NCBI GenBank assembly: GCA_040755995.1
Contig: JBFMAF010000052.1
Span: forward strand, 32,001 to 96,000
DNA from: Acidobacteriota bacterium
Lineage (GTDB): Bacteria > Acidobacteriota > CAIWXX01
Direction of reading: 5' to 3'
Length of the DNA stretch: 64,000 bases
In this document: positions 20,264 through 31,174 of the stretch, piece by piece
Position numbering within the stretch: the stretch's first letter is position 1
Layout of the letters: each line of letters begins with the position of its first letter
The notes under the pieces: model-generated
What the model was told of the DNA's origin: nothing
The model's database searches: none
Seen by the model: the letters and a program-made list of their open reading frames with translations, nothing else
Program-made: the position numbers and the translations under genes

Positions 20264-20539
20264 ATGAAGGCAGTTGAGATGGTCGAAGCCTCGGCACCGC
20301 TCCGCGACTACGCTCGCAGGGTGCGAAGGGATCCGCTCATCGTGACTGAGCATGGCAAGCCTGTAGCCGCGCTCGTCGGAATCACGAACGCGGATATCGA
20401 AACAGCCAGCCTGTGCACCAATCCTGCGTGCGTGGCCTTGATCGAGAGATCGCGAGCGCGTCAGGAGCGAGAAGGCGGCGTCTCTCCGGAGGAGATGCGC
20501 CGCCGGCTCCGTCTCGCGGACAAGCGACGCCGTAGATAG
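20264..20539 (+). CDS. Phd/YefM-family antitoxin (orphan)
   Basis: PLIVTEHGKPVAALV; no toxin ORF adjacent. Confidence 0.8.
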   Translation: MKAVEMVEASAPLRDYARRVRRDPLIVTEHGKPVAALVGITNADIETASLCTNPACVALIERSRARQEREGGVSPEEMRRRLRLADKRRRR

Positions 20540-20639
20540 GGCCAGGGACCCTTACCGGTCCCGGCAGCAGGGGCTCACGGCGACCGAAGCCCAACTGGCG
20601 CTCCGGCAACATGTTGAGTCGAACCGGGCCCCCACGCGT

Positions 20640-20810
20640 CTAGTGAGCCACCTGCTCCCCGCCTGTTGACCCGGTCTGATCCATCCTGCCGAGCATCTCA
20701 GCCACGTACGCAGCACGCGCAGCTGCGTCTACGATGCGATCGCGGTCGTGGCACCATGCCGCCAAGTCCTCCACATCCACATCGACCCTCGACGCCTGCA
20801 CACCCCTCTC
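20640..20810 (-). pseudogene. Probable 3' fragment of a small hypothetical gene (VDVDVEDLAAWC...AARAAYVAE)
   Basis: Protein-like motif in ORF 20640..20837 with no convincing 5' part. Confidence 0.35.
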
Positions 20811-20890
20811 GGCAGCCCCCGCATTCCGTGGATGCACCCTGACTCGTCACGGGATTGAGAAGGCGAGTTTGTCGGTTTGTCGCATGATTC

Positions 20891-20919
20891 TTGAACCGCC
20901 ACCTCCGACGTGCTAGAGT
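20891..20919 (+). promoter_or_regulatory. Putative sigma70 promoter for vapBC
   Basis: TTGAAC-17 nt-TAGAGT with extended TGn. Confidence 0.45.
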
Positions 20920-20949
20920 AAAGTGATTGATGCTCTTGGGGGCACAGAT

Positions 20950-21168
20950 ATGACAATTGTAAAGCTCTCCTCGAAGTACCAAATGGTGCTCCCGAAGGAA
21001 GCACGCGAGGCTATGAAGGTGGACCGGGGGGCGCAGTTGCTCGTCTTCGTGAGGGGCGGGGTCACGGTTATCATGCCGAAGCCCGACAGATATGCTCGCG
21101 CCCTCGCCGGAATTGCCAGGGGCCTGTATCCGCGTGACTACCTGGCTTCGGAGCGGCGGTCATGGTGA
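20950..21168 (+). CDS. AbrB/MazE-type antitoxin (VapB-like)
   Basis: VKLSSKYQMVLPKEAREAMKV..G. Confidence 0.85.
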   Translation: MTIVKLSSKYQMVLPKEAREAMKVDRGAQLLVFVRGGVTVIMPKPDRYARALAGIARGLYPRDYLASERRSW

Positions 21169-21611
21169 CCCCGGCGGAGCTGGATGCGTTCCTTCAGAAA
21201 CACAAGCGGATCGGCATTGATTCAAACGTCCTCATCTACTTCGTCGAGGGACACAGCAGGTTCGGATCCCTGGCGACTCGCGTGTTCGACAGGGTCGAGG
21301 CCGGGCGCAACAGTGCTGTGTGCGCGACGGTCTCTCTGCTCGAGATCCTCGTGCAACCCTACAGGCGTGACGACACGCCGCTGGTGAACAAGTTCTACGG
21401 GCTGCTCACCACGTATCCTCATCTCTCGTTTATGGATCTGACTGCGACGACGGCCGATCTGGCCGCACGCCTGCGCGCGAGGTACGGCCTGAAGACTCCG
21501 GACGCCATCGTCATCGCCTCCGCCATCCAGGCCGGAGCGACCGGCCTCGTGGCGAACGATCTGCGCATCAAGGCGATGCCGGAAATCGATCTGCTGCTGC
21601 TGTCTGCCTGA
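21162..21611 (+). CDS. PIN-domain toxin (VapC-like)
   Basis: IDSNVLIYF, LLEIL, LKTPDAIVIASA, ND; overlaps the antitoxin. Confidence 0.88.
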   Translation: MVTPAELDAFLQKHKRIGIDSNVLIYFVEGHSRFGSLATRVFDRVEAGRNSAVCATVSLLEILVQPYRRDDTPLVNKFYGLLTTYPHLSFMDLTATTADLAARLRARYGLKTPDAIVIASAIQAGATGLVANDLRIKAMPEIDLLLLSA

Positions 21612-21691
21612 CAATACCAGCGAGGCTGCACCTAGGACCTGCGAGACGTGCTACAGTCGGGGAAGTGGCTGCACGAGCATGGAGTATCCGA

Positions 21692-21937
21692 ATGAAGAGA
21701 CATTCAATGACCGAGGCGAAGAACGACATCTGCAGCATCATCCGAGAAGCAGAGAAAGAGGAGGTCCTTATTACTCGTCACGGCAGGCCGGCTGCGGTAG
21801 TTATCGGATTCCGTGACGAAGAGGATTGGTTCGACTACAGGCTCGAACGAGATGAGGGATTCCTTCGGAGGATCGCGAAGGCCAGGGAAGAGACTCGAAA
21901 AGGGCAGTTCGTCGCACTCGACGAGTTGCCCGATTGA
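21692..21937 (+). CDS. Phd/YefM-family antitoxin (orphan)
   Basis: EAKN..SII.EAEKEEVLITRHGRPAAVVIG. Confidence 0.82.
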   Translation: MKRHSMTEAKNDICSIIREAEKEEVLITRHGRPAAVVIGFRDEEDWFDYRLERDEGFLRRIAKAREETRKGQFVALDELPD

Positions 21938-22060
21938 ACCGAAACGGCGCGGCACACAAGGACCCGTTCGCGATCACGTGGACCTCCACATTCACGGGCG
22001 CGAGGATAGTGCCGCCCGGCTACATGGCGGCGGGGCAGCACGGGGGCACGGCGGCCAAGA

Positions 22061-22094
22061 CTCTTGCAATGTGTGTTGTCAAGAGGAGTATAAT
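22061..22094 (+). promoter_or_regulatory. Putative sdh promoter with overlapping inverted repeat
   Basis: TATAAT at 22089-22094; CTCTTG...CAAGAG arms at 22061-22085. Confidence 0.5.
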
Positions 22095-22117
22095 GCGCGG
22101 GTTTGGGGGTTGATTGA

Positions 22118-22777
22118 ATGAGATGGATTATTAGCTACTACGGAACCACAATCGGCAAAAAGGTCTTCATGGCCGTAACCGGCCTGTGCCTGTTCGGGTT
22201 CGTTCTGGTGCACATGATCGGCAACCTGCAGGTCTACGCCGGCCAGGCGCGGCTCGACGCCTACGCCGCGTTCCTCGCCCACAACGAGAAGCTCCTCTGG
22301 GTGGCACGACTGGCACTGCTGCTCCTCGTGGCCCTCCACATCATCGCAGCCGTGCAGGTCTGGTGGCGGAACCGCGGCGCCCGCCCGGTCGAGTACCGCG
22401 GAAAGGCGGACCTGGGGATCGATTACGCCGCACGCACGATGGTCTGGAGCGGCCCGATCATCGCGGCCTTCGTCCTCTATCACCTGTTCCACTTCACTTG
22501 GGGCACGGTCCATCCGAGCTACATCGTGGGAGCCGTCTACCACAACGTCGTCACGGGGTTCCAGGTCCCCTGGGTCGCCGCCTTCTACATCATCGCCAAC
22601 TTCCTCCTTGCAGTGCACCTCTACCACGGGCTCTGGAGCTGGTTCCAGACGCTCGGCCTGGAACACCCGCGGTACAACGCGCTGCGCCGCGTCTTCGCGG
22701 TAGGACTCTCGGTGCTCATCGGAATTGGCAACATTTCGATCCCGTTGTCCGTGTTGACGGGATTGGTGAGGGAGTAA
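22118..22777 (+). CDS. sdhC: Succinate dehydrogenase/fumarate reductase cytochrome b subunit
   Basis: [18 protein letters not shown], conserved heme His residues, HGLWS.FQTLG. Confidence 0.92.
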   Translation: MRWIISYYGTTIGKKVFMAVTGLCLFGFVLVHMIGNLQVYAGQARLDAYAAFLAHNEKLLWVARLALLLLVALHIIAAVQVWWRNRGARPVEYRGKADLGIDYAARTMVWSGPIIAAFVLYHLFHFTWGTVHPSYIVGAVYHNVVTGFQVPWVAAFYIIANFLLAVHLYHGLWSWFQTLGLEHPRYNALRRVFAVGLSVLIGIGNISIPLSVLTGLVRE

Positions 22778-22781
22778 TCGC

Positions 22782-24695
22782 ATGAGGTTGGAGGCTAGAA
22801 TCCCTTCGGGCCCGATGGATCAGAAATGGAGCCGGCGGCGTGACGAGATCAAGCTCGTAAACCCGGCGAACAAGCGAAAATACACCGTGATCGTGGTCGG
22901 CACGGGTCTGGCCGGCGCATCGGCGGCGGCGAGCCTCGGCGAGCTCGGCTTCAACGTAAAGGTCTTCTGTTACCAGGACAGCGCCCGCCGCGCCCACAGC
23001 ATCGCCGCTCAGGGCGGCATCAACGCCGCCAAGAACTACCAGAACGACGGCGACTCCGTCTACCGCCTCTTCTACGACACCGTCAAGGGCGGCGACTACC
23101 GGGCGCGAGAGGCGAACGTGTACCGGCTGGCCGAGGTAAGCTGCAACATCATCGACCAGTGCGTCGCCCAGGGCGTGCCTTTCGCGCGCGAGTATGCCGG
23201 CGTCCTCGACAACCGCTCGTTCGGCGGCGCGCTCGTCTCGCGCACCTTCTACGCTCGCGGACAGACCGGCCAGCAGCTGCTGCTCGGCGCCTACTCGGCC
23301 CTCTGCCGCCAGATCGGGGCGGGCACCTGCGAGATGCACCCGCGCTCCGAGATGCTCGACCTCGTGATCGCCGGCGGCCGCGCGCGCGGCATCGTCACTC
23401 GCGACATGGTGACCGGCAAGATCGAATCGTGGGTCGGCGACGCCGTGCTGCTCTGTACCGGCGGCTACAGCAACGTCTTCTACCTCTCGACCAACGCCAA
23501 GGGCTGCAACGCCACCGCCATCTGGCGCGCGTACAAGCGCGGCGCGGGATTCGCCAATCCCTGCTACACGCAGATCCACCCGACCTGCATCCCGCAGGCC
23601 GGCGAATACCAGTCGAAGCTCACGCTCATGAGCGAGTCGTTGCGCAACGACGGCCGCATCTGGGTTCCGCTCAAGGCGGGCGACAATCGCCGGGCCGCCG
23701 ACATCCCCGAAGCCGAGCGGGACTACTACCTCGAGCGCATCTACCCGTCTTACGGCAACCTGGCGCCGCGCGACGTGTCGTCGCGCGCCGCGAAGCGCAT
23801 GTGCGACGAGGGACGCGGTGTCGGGCCCGGCGGCCGCGGTGTCTACCTCGACTTCGCAGACTCAATCAAGCGACTCGGCGAAAACGTCATCCGCGTGCGC
23901 TACGGGAACCTGTGCGAGATGTACGAGCGGATCACGGGTGAGGATCCGTACAAGGTGCCGATGCGCATCTACCCGGCGCCCCACTACACCATGGGCGGGC
24001 TCTGGGTGGACTACGACCTGATGAGCAACATCGACGGGCTGTTCGTGCTTGGCGAGGCCAACTTCTCGGATCACGGCGCGAACAGGCTCGGCGCCAGCGC
24101 CCTCATGCAGGGTCTGGCCGACGGCTACTTCGTCATCCCGTACACATTGGCCCACTACCTGGCGAGCACCAAGTTCGAGAAGCTCGACAGCTCGAACGCG
24201 GCGTTTCGCGACGCCGAAGGGTACGTGCAGGATCGCATGAAGAAGCTGCTGTCGATCAACGGCAAACGATCGGTGGACTCGTTCCATCGCGAGCTGGGCT
24301 TGATCATGTGGGAGTACTGCGGGATGGGACGGACGCGCGAGGGGCTCACGGGGGCAATCGACAAGATCCGCGGGCTGCGCGCCGAGTTCTGGCGCGATCT
24401 GCGGGTGCTTGGCGAAGCCGCCGATCTCAACCAGGAGCTCGAGAAGGCCGGCCGGGTGGCCGACTACTTCGAGCTCGGCGAGCTGCTGTGCCTGGACGCG
24501 CTGGAGCGCGAGGAGTCGTGCGGCGGGCACTTCCGCGAGGAGTACCAGACGGCCGAGGGCGAGGCGAAGCGCGACGACGCTAAGTTCTGCCACGTGGGCG
24601 TCTGGGAGTACCAGGGCGACGACCGGAAGCCGGCGCGCAACGTCGAACCGCTGGAATTCGAGACGCTGCAACTCAGCACCAGGAGCTACAAGTAA
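22782..24695 (+). CDS. sdhA: Succinate dehydrogenase/fumarate reductase flavoprotein subunit
   Basis: [49 protein letters not shown]. Confidence 0.96.
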   Translation: MRLEARIPSGPMDQKWSRRRDEIKLVNPANKRKYTVIVVGTGLAGASAAASLGELGFNVKVFCYQDSARRAHSIAAQGGINAAKNYQNDGDSVYRLFYDTVKGGDYRAREANVYRLAEVSCNIIDQCVAQGVPFAREYAGVLDNRSFGGALVSRTFYARGQTGQQLLLGAYSALCRQIGAGTCEMHPRSEMLDLVIAGGRARGIVTRDMVTGKIESWVGDAVLLCTGGYSNVFYLSTNAKGCNATAIWRAYKRGAGFANPCYTQIHPTCIPQAGEYQSKLTLMSESLRNDGRIWVPLKAGDNRRAADIPEAERDYYLERIYPSYGNLAPRDVSSRAAKRMCDEGRGVGPGGRGVYLDFADSIKRLGENVIRVRYGNLCEMYERITGEDPYKVPMRIYPAPHYTMGGLWVDYDLMSNIDGLFVLGEANFSDHGANRLGASALMQGLADGYFVIPYTLAHYLASTKFEKLDSSNAAFRDAEGYVQDRMKKLLSINGKRSVDSFHRELGLIMWEYCGMGRTREGLTGAIDKIRGLRAEFWRDLRVLGEAADLNQELEKAGRVADYFELGELLCLDALEREESCGGHFREEYQTAEGEAKRDDAKFCHVGVWEYQGDDRKPARNVEPLEFETLQLSTRSYK

Positions 24696-25465
24696 TGAAC
24701 CTCACACTTCATATCTGGCGGCAGAAGAACCGAAACGACAAAGGACGCTTCGTCACGTATCCGTTGAAGGACGTGAGCGAGCACATGTCCTTCCTGGAGA
24801 TGCTTGACATACTGAACGAGCAGCTGATCGGGCGGGGCGAGGAGCCCGTGGCGTTCGAGCATGATTGCCGCGAGGGCATCTGCGGATGCTGCGGCATGGT
24901 GATCGGCGGCGCGCCGCACGGCGGGCACGCCGGCACCACCGTCTGCCAGCTCCACATGCGCCACTTCAAGGACGGCGACGAGGTGATCATCGAGCCCTGG
25001 CGCGCCAAGGCTTTCCCGGTGCTGAAGGACCTGATCGTGGATCGCAGCTCCTTTGACCGGATCATGTACGCAGGCGGCTACATCTCGGTGCGCACCGGGA
25101 GCGCTCCCGAGGCCAATTCGATCCTGATCCCGAAGGACGTGGCCGAGAAGGCGATGGACTACGCCGAGTGCATCGGGTGCGGGGCGTGTGTCGCGGCCTG
25201 CCCGAACGGCGCGGCGATGCTGTTCGTCAGCGCGAAGATCTCGCAATTCGGGCTGTTGCCGCAGGGGCAGCCCGAGCGGATGCGTCGCGCGCAGAACATG
25301 GTCCTGGCGATGGAGAAGGAAGGGTTCGGGTCCTGCACCAACTACACCGCGTGCGAGATCGCCTGCCCGAAGCGGATCGGCATCAGCGGCATAGCGCGCA
25401 TGAACCGCGACTTCAACAAGGCGATGCTCTGCACGGTGGAGGCCGCCTCAGGCAAGCGCGCGTAG
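24695..25465 (+). CDS. sdhB: Succinate dehydrogenase/fumarate reductase iron-sulfur subunit
   Basis: [33 protein letters not shown]. Confidence 0.96.
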   Translation: MNLTLHIWRQKNRNDKGRFVTYPLKDVSEHMSFLEMLDILNEQLIGRGEEPVAFEHDCREGICGCCGMVIGGAPHGGHAGTTVCQLHMRHFKDGDEVIIEPWRAKAFPVLKDLIVDRSSFDRIMYAGGYISVRTGSAPEANSILIPKDVAEKAMDYAECIGCGACVAACPNGAAMLFVSAKISQFGLLPQGQPERMRRAQNMVLAMEKEGFGSCTNYTACEIACPKRIGISGIARMNRDFNKAMLCTVEAASGKRA

Positions 25466-25484
25466 AAGAGACTCGGGGTCCACT

Positions 25485-25571
25485 GCCAAACAGCCGCCGA
25501 GGGAGCTCAAGCAGCCGCGCCGAACTGAGGGCGATCACCGGTCCGGCGTTGCAGACGACGCGGCGCGTCAT
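25485..25571 (-). pseudogene. Truncated N-terminus of a DUF3368-type PIN toxin (MTRRVVCNAGPVIAL...LFG)
   Basis: Own translation; ATG overlaps the stop of the UPF0175 gene; similarity ends after ~29 codons. Confidence 0.65.
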
Positions 25572-25819
25572 TCCTGACCGAACTCGCGATGGAGCTCGTC
25601 CGCATCCCAGCTCACACTGGAAGCCCCGAATCTACTACAGCTGAGCAGGAACTCGACTCGGCTGACGCCGGCCAGAGTTGCGGCCTGCCCGGATGTCAGT
25701 CTTCCCATTTCGAAGAGTTTCACGGCCATGGCCAACTTCGCCTCAGCCTCGAAATCAGCAGTGCTCTGATTTGCCACGGCCGTGAGTGACTCAGGGTACT
25801 CTATGCTCATTGTCTTCAT
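25568..25819 (-). CDS. UPF0175-family HTH antitoxin
   Basis: LAMAVKLFEMGRLTSGQAATLAGVSRVEFL. Confidence 0.85.
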   Translation of the reverse strand: MKTMSIEYPESLTAVANQSTADFEAEAKLAMAVKLFEMGRLTSGQAATLAGVSRVEFLLSCSRFGASSVSWDADELHREFGQE

Positions 25820-26053
25820 GGGCACCCCCGTCTATTCATTTTCAGCCTAGCACTCCCGCGCCGCAACCTCAAGTCACCACGGGATGATGGGATGATGGAT
25901 GGCGGGACGCCAGTGCCGGCTTGGCGGATTGGTCTCTGGGGATCAGCGAACGTGTTGCCGCAGATTCGCCAGATGCCGTCTGTCGAATTGCCGGCGGCTG
26001 GGAAATGCCAGACAACCTCTGGCAAATCGCAGCTTGATCCATTCTGTGGTGGT

Positions 26054-26287
26054 TCAGGAACGGTCTACCACTCTCACAGGCTTGCAGCGCTTTCCAAAGA
26101 CCTCGTCAAGAAACGCTTCTCGATCCAAGGTCGCCTGCCACTTGCGATGGCGTCGCACGGATTCAAGACGTCGGTGGCGCGGCATGGTTATGAAACGCAA
26201 AGCCTCGACGGGGCCGAGGGCGGCAAGGAGCGCGTCGACCCCGCGCTGGACGTTTATCTCTTCCGAGAGCAGCGTCTGTGTTTTCAT
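26054..26287 (-). CDS. Small antitoxin-like hypothetical protein
   Basis: AAGGAG RBS; MKTQ...RGVDALLAALGPVEALRFI, a pattern typical of PIN-associated small proteins. Confidence 0.6.
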   Translation of the reverse strand: MKTQTLLSEEINVQRGVDALLAALGPVEALRFITMPRHRRLESVRRHRKWQATLDREAFLDEVFGKRCKPVRVVDRS

Positions 26288-26430
26288 CTCAGGTTCTCCT
26301 TTTCGCAATAGGCGATCGGCGTCCCAAACCAACAGCCCGGAACGATGCGCCTGCAGAGGGCGATCAGCCGAGGGACGCGCGATGTCGCACCGCTGTAATC
26401 TGCCCGGGGGCACGGCGGCGGCCGTACGCG

Positions 26431-27999
26431 CTAGTTGGACATGGAGCGGTGTCCTCGCACGAAATCCCGCAGACACGAGAAGGTCGACGGGGCCGGGCGA
26501 TCGGCTGCCGAGGGCGCTCGGTGGCGAAGCATCTGCTCCAGTTGTCCATCGGCCGCCGCGTCCTCTCCCGCGCTGGGAGCGGCGGCGAGGAGACCACCGC
26601 ACCAGGACGTCTGGGGCGCAGACAGGTTGGAAATGACGAACTTGCCCGGAGTCGCGGCGGCGGTGCCCTTGCCGATGACAAAGGTGGCGGTCTTCTCGTA
26701 GAGCGCGAACGCCTGTTGGAGCGGCTTGTACTTGTTTGGCTTCACCTTTGGGCAGGTGGCGCCGCTCGGATTGGTCGTCATCGAACACAATTCCCGGCTG
26801 GTGTAGTCGTTGTATGAACGCCCGATGAGCGCGAATCCGCCCGCGGCAAGCTCGCTGATTCCGAGGAAGTGATTGTAGTAGTGGCCGCCCAGGACATACG
26901 TGCGATTAACTTTGGCGGCACCCGTGGAAGTCATCTTGGCGAACCACGCCAGCCTGCTTCCCGACTCCGGATAGACGACTCCGGCGAACATGCATCCGCC
27001 GTCTTTGGCGAGAGAGGCGTCCCGCAGCTCGAGATCGTCGTCGTAGCTCTTCGGCGCGAACTTCCTGGCCCATTGTACCTTCCCCGTTGCATCCAGCTTC
27101 GCGGCCCATGGGACTTCATCCACCCAATCACAACCCACCAGCATGTAGCCGCCATCGCTGGTGGGGATGATCCGCCAGGCCTCGATCAGGAACTTGCCAA
27201 ACGGCGCTTCCGCGCGCCCGTAGTCACCTGCGTCATAGATCTTCTGCCAGAGGATATCGCCTGCGGCATTCATCTTCAGGATCAGAATACCCACGTCCGT
27301 CGTGGTCCACGTGCCTCCGAAGTAATACCAACCGACGCTGATATAGCCCCCGTCCGCTGTCTGCCGCACGTCGGTCATGTCGAGATACTTGTACGGGTCG
27401 GACGTTTTCACGGCAATGGCTTTCTGGAAAAGGACGGCGCCGGCAGCGTCGAGCCTCACAATCCATCCCTTGCTCTCGTCGTTGTACCAGTCGGTCGACT
27501 TGTTCAGGTGCTCTATCTCGCCACAGGCGATGTAACCACCGGCGGCAAGCTCGTCGACATGATTGAAGGTGTATTCATAGTTCCACTTGCCGACCCCGTA
27601 GGTCTTCTGCAAGGCGATCGCCCCGGCGGGTGACAGTTCCAGGAGCACGGCATCGGTACTGTTCGCGTGGCTGTTGTCGAACTTCGGCGTTCGACTTCCC
27701 CATAGCAGGAAGTTACCCGACTTCAACTGCCGGCACCCATTGGCACTTGAAGAGAGCGGTTCGTCATACCCTTTGGCCCATTGCACCGAGCCGGTGGAGC
27801 TGGCCTTCAGGGCACAGATCTGGAGACCGCCGGCGCTTTTCCCGACGGACGTCGCAATGATCAGGGACCCGTCCGAGTTCACGCTGATCCTGGTGGGCTC
27901 CTCGGTCTGTATGTCGTACGTCTGCACCCATTGTTGCGCATGGGCGGGAATAAGGATGAACAAGGGGAGAATCAGCCAAAGGACACATCGCGTCTTCAT
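26431..27999 (-). CDS. Secreted repeat protein (probable beta-propeller)
   Basis: AGGAGG RBS, signal peptide ending AHA; repeats TxDGGYxxxG and KLDxxGxxxWxKxY. Confidence 0.75.
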   Translation of the reverse strand: MKTRCVLWLILPLFILIPAHAQQWVQTYDIQTEEPTRISVNSDGSLIIATSVGKSAGGLQICALKASSTGSVQWAKGYDEPLSSSANGCRQLKSGNFLLWGSRTPKFDNSHANSTDAVLLELSPAGAIALQKTYGVGKWNYEYTFNHVDELAAGGYIACGEIEHLNKSTDWYNDESKGWIVRLDAAGAVLFQKAIAVKTSDPYKYLDMTDVRQTADGGYISVGWYYFGGTWTTTDVGILILKMNAAGDILWQKIYDAGDYGRAEAPFGKFLIEAWRIIPTSDGGYMLVGCDWVDEVPWAAKLDATGKVQWARKFAPKSYDDDLELRDASLAKDGGCMFAGVVYPESGSRLAWFAKMTSTGAAKVNRTYVLGGHYYNHFLGISELAAGGFALIGRSYNDYTSRELCSMTTNPSGATCPKVKPNKYKPLQQAFALYEKTATFVIGKGTAAATPGKFVISNLSAPQTSWCGGLLAAAPSAGEDAAADGQLEQMLRHRAPSAADRPAPSTFSCLRDFVRGHRSMSN

Positions 28000-28229
28000 C
28001 TTGGACCTCCTGTTTCAAATGGGTTCGGCTGCTTCATGCCGCAATAAGTGTCACCGTACCGGCCCTGATGTCAAGACCCAGCCTTCAGTGTTTCAGTGCA
28101 GCGCCGGCTCCGTGCGAGGTGGAGCCGCTGCATCAGGCACCGCGCGAAGAACCTCGTCGCGGCGCCGCATCCAGAGATGTCGCAGGCTCGTTGACAGACT
28201 GATCCACGCGCCGGTATCCTGCATTCGAA

Positions 28230-29210
28230 ATGGGCTTGCTCGCGACACCGCTCACACGCCACGCGGGAATCGAATTCCCGATCATCTGCGGCGCGATGTA
28301 CCCGTGCGGGAATCCGGAGCTCGTGGCGGCAGTGTCGGAGGCCGGCGGCATCGGCATTCTGCAGCCGGTCTCCCTCACGTATGTCCACGGCCACGAGTTT
28401 CGCGCGGGGATTCGTTTCGTGCGCAGCCTCACGTCGAAGCCGATCGGGATGAATGCGCTGATCGAAAGCTCGTCGAAGGCCTACCACAAGCGGATGGTCA
28501 AGTGGGTCGAGGTAGCTCTCGAAGAGGGCGTCCGCTTCTTCGTCACATCGTTGGGCAATCCGAACTGGGTGGTCGACGCGGCCCGGCCGTTGGGCGCCGT
28601 GGTGTACCATGACGTCACCGAGCGGAAGTGGGCGCTCAAGGCCCTGGACAGCGGCGTCCACGGTCTCGTCGCAGTGAACCGGCGAGCTGGTGGGCACGCG
28701 GGAGCTCTGTCACCCGAGCGGCTGATTGATGAGATCAGCGATCTCGGCGTGCCGGTCATATGCGCCGGAGGTGTTGGGAACGCGAGCGACTTCGTATCAG
28801 CCTTGCGAATGGGCTACGCCGGCGTCCAGATGGGGACGCGATTCATCGCAACGCCGGAGTGCCGCGTGAGCCAGCTCTACAAAGACGCGATTGTGCGAGC
28901 CCAGGAGGAAGATATAGTTCTGTCAGAGCGTATCACGGGTGTGCCCGTGGCGGTCATCAACACGCCGTACGTCCGGCGGGCCGGCACGAAGGCCGGCGTC
29001 TTTGCGCGCTGGATGCTTCGAGGACGCCGCACCAAGAAGTGGATGCGGACCATCTACGCCTTGCATTCAGGCTGGCAGTTGAAGCGGGCATCCCTCGACG
29101 AGTCCGGGGAGAGAGAATACTGGCAGGCCGGCAAGAGCGTCGCCGGCATCGATCGGATTGAAGCCGCCGGCGATATCGTCAGGCGATTCGCAGAAGCTGC
29201 AATGGCGTGA
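28230..29210 (+). CDS. Nitronate monooxygenase / FabK-like flavin oxidoreductase
   Basis: PIICGAM, AAVSEAGGIG, AGGHAG, VICAGG, GVQMGTRF, WQAG. Confidence 0.88.
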   Translation: MGLLATPLTRHAGIEFPIICGAMYPCGNPELVAAVSEAGGIGILQPVSLTYVHGHEFRAGIRFVRSLTSKPIGMNALIESSSKAYHKRMVKWVEVALEEGVRFFVTSLGNPNWVVDAARPLGAVVYHDVTERKWALKALDSGVHGLVAVNRRAGGHAGALSPERLIDEISDLGVPVICAGGVGNASDFVSALRMGYAGVQMGTRFIATPECRVSQLYKDAIVRAQEEDIVLSERITGVPVAVINTPYVRRAGTKAGVFARWMLRGRRTKKWMRTIYALHSGWQLKRASLDESGEREYWQAGKSVAGIDRIEAAGDIVRRFAEAAMA

Positions 29211-29378
29211 CCGCGACGCGCGTGTGGCCCACCTTCTTGAAGGCTCCACCGCGTCTGCCCCGGCCGGTTCCGGCGGGCCCGGCCATCGTTTCGAAGCCGA
29301 TTTCTGATACGATGAACCATGCGAATGGGCTTCTCGAGCGCCAGACACCGGTTTTGTTTCGATGAGGAGGGCACGACA

Positions 29379-30383
29379 ATGATCAACAGAGTTCTCGTGG
29401 CATTTGTTCTGCTTGGCTTGCTCGTCCCGGGGTCGTACGCCGCCGACCTGGCGGGCTCGCGCGACCACCCGTTGCTCAAGCGATTCGGCGGGTCCGAGAT
29501 CGTCGCCTACGATCAGAAGCGGTTCGACGTATACGAATTGCAGACCTCGACCTTCAAGAGCTACAGCCTCTCGACCAATACTCGCGAGTTCGCCAGCCCG
29601 CCGCTGAAGCTCGAAGGAACGGTCACGCGCATCTGGTACGAGGCGGCCGGCGACGCCAGCGCGGTTGAGGTGATACGTAACTATCAGAACGAAATGAAAT
29701 CCGCTGGATTTGAAGTCCTCTACGATTCCAGCGCCGACCGGTCAGCGACGCGCTGGGTCAACTTCCTCGCGCCATTCTCGCAAACGAAGATCAACAGCAG
29801 CCGCGGGTACTACATCTTCTACGCAGCTGACAAGGATGGAATCCGCACTCTCAGTGCCGTGTTGAAGCGGGCCGAAGGAGATGTGTACGTCTACCTCACG
29901 GCCGTGGACTGGGCCAAGGATGACGCCGTGTACAAGGCGAAGCGCGGGGCCTACGTGGCCGTTGACATCATCGAGGTCAAGCCCATGGTGCAGAACATGA
30001 TACTGGTCAGCGCCGACGGAATGTCGAGCGCGATCAAGGGCAGCGGCCGCGTCGCGCTGTACGGAATCCTCTTCGACTTCAACCGGGCCGAGATCAAGCC
30101 AGAATCCAAACCGACCCTGGAGCAGATCGCGAAATTGATGCAGCAGGATGCCAAGTTGAAATTGTGGGTGGTCGGTCACACTGACAACGTCGGCGATTTG
30201 AGCTCGAACATGGATCTCTCGCGGCGCCGCGCCGAGGCGGTGGTGGCCGCTTTGACCCGCGACTACGGCGTGGCAGCATCCCGCCTGAGCGCGCAGGGGG
30301 TGGCTTTTCTGGCTCCGGTGGCGGTAAACACCACCGACGAGGGCCGGGCGAAGAATCGGCGCGTCGAGCTCGTGCCCTGGTGA
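29379..30383 (+). CDS. OmpA-family peptidoglycan-binding protein with N-terminal DUF4892-like domain
   Basis: Signal peptide, D..GSRDHPLLKRF.GS; ILFDFN, VGHTD, LSRRRAEAV, GRAKNRRVELV. Confidence 0.88.
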   Translation: MINRVLVAFVLLGLLVPGSYAADLAGSRDHPLLKRFGGSEIVAYDQKRFDVYELQTSTFKSYSLSTNTREFASPPLKLEGTVTRIWYEAAGDASAVEVIRNYQNEMKSAGFEVLYDSSADRSATRWVNFLAPFSQTKINSSRGYYIFYAADKDGIRTLSAVLKRAEGDVYVYLTAVDWAKDDAVYKAKRGAYVAVDIIEVKPMVQNMILVSADGMSSAIKGSGRVALYGILFDFNRAEIKPESKPTLEQIAKLMQQDAKLKLWVVGHTDNVGDLSSNMDLSRRRAEAVVAALTRDYGVAASRLSAQGVAFLAPVAVNTTDEGRAKNRRVELVPW

Positions 30384-30607
30384 GCCGGGGATCAATAGAA
30401 GCCTCATCCGCAGTCCCACTGGCCTGCCGCGTTAGGGAGGCCCGCGTCTCGGACGCCGTTTTGAAATCTGCGCGCCGATGTGTATGATCGGCTGGTGCGC
30501 GATCGGACCCGGGCGTCGGGTAGGCTCCGGCATCAACGTAGTGGGGAGACGGCTGGGCTACAGAGTAACTGAACAAAGATGAAGGAACCGCTTTACGGTT
30601 GTGTCTA

Positions 30608-31174
30608 ATGGTGCGTGAACAGGACGATGCCGCTGTGGTACAAGGATGCCTCTCGGGTGACCGATCGTGCCAGGAGAAGCTGGTGCGGGAGAATCTCGTG
30701 ACGGTTATGAGCGTTGCCCTTGGATTCACTCGCGACCGGACCTCGGCCGAGGACCTGGCTCAGGAGGTCTTCGCGAGGGTTTTTGGGAATCTGAAGGGAT
30801 TCCGCGGCGGATCATCGCTGCGGACGTGGATCTATTCGATCGCCGTTACCCAGGGGCTAAACGCCGTGCGCAAGCGCAGGCCGGATACCCTGAAGATCGA
30901 TGAGGCCCGAGCCGTGCAAGGGGCGGAGACATCGCCTGAGCAGCGAGCACTCCAGGCAGAGCTCCATGCCGCCGTTCATCAGGCCGTCGAGAGTCTGCCC
31001 GAGAACCTGAGATCGGTGGTGGTGCTGTGTTCATTCGAGAACCGCCCAGCCGAGGAGGTGGCAGGGCTGCTGTCGATTCCGCCTGGAACGGTCTTTTCGA
31101 GGATGAGCAAGGCGAAGGAGATCCTGCGCCGGAAGCTGGCGCGATTCATGGAGCCGCAGGGAGCCGGGCGATGA
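30608..31174 (+). CDS. ECF RNA polymerase sigma factor
   Basis: Region 2 AEDLAQEVF...F.GGSSLRTWIYSIA; region 4 EEVAGLLSIPPGTVFSRMSKAK. Confidence 0.92.
   Translation: MVREQDDAAVVQGCLSGDRSCQEKLVRENLVTVMSVALGFTRDRTSAEDLAQEVFARVFGNLKGFRGGSSLRTWIYSIAVTQGLNAVRKRRPDTLKIDEARAVQGAETSPEQRALQAELHAAVHQAVESLPENLRSVVVLCSFENRPAEEVAGLLSIPPGTVFSRMSKAKEILRRKLARFMEPQGAGR

Noticed and set aside
26027..26065. LDPFCGGSGT resembling DNA methyltransferase motif I on the + strand
   Set aside because: Isolated 10-residue match overlapping the end of a minus-strand gene, with no other MTase motifs
30584..30608. ECF autoregulatory promoter GGAAC...GTCTAA
   Set aside because: Spacer is only ~14 nt and the -10 abuts the start codon; too weak to call
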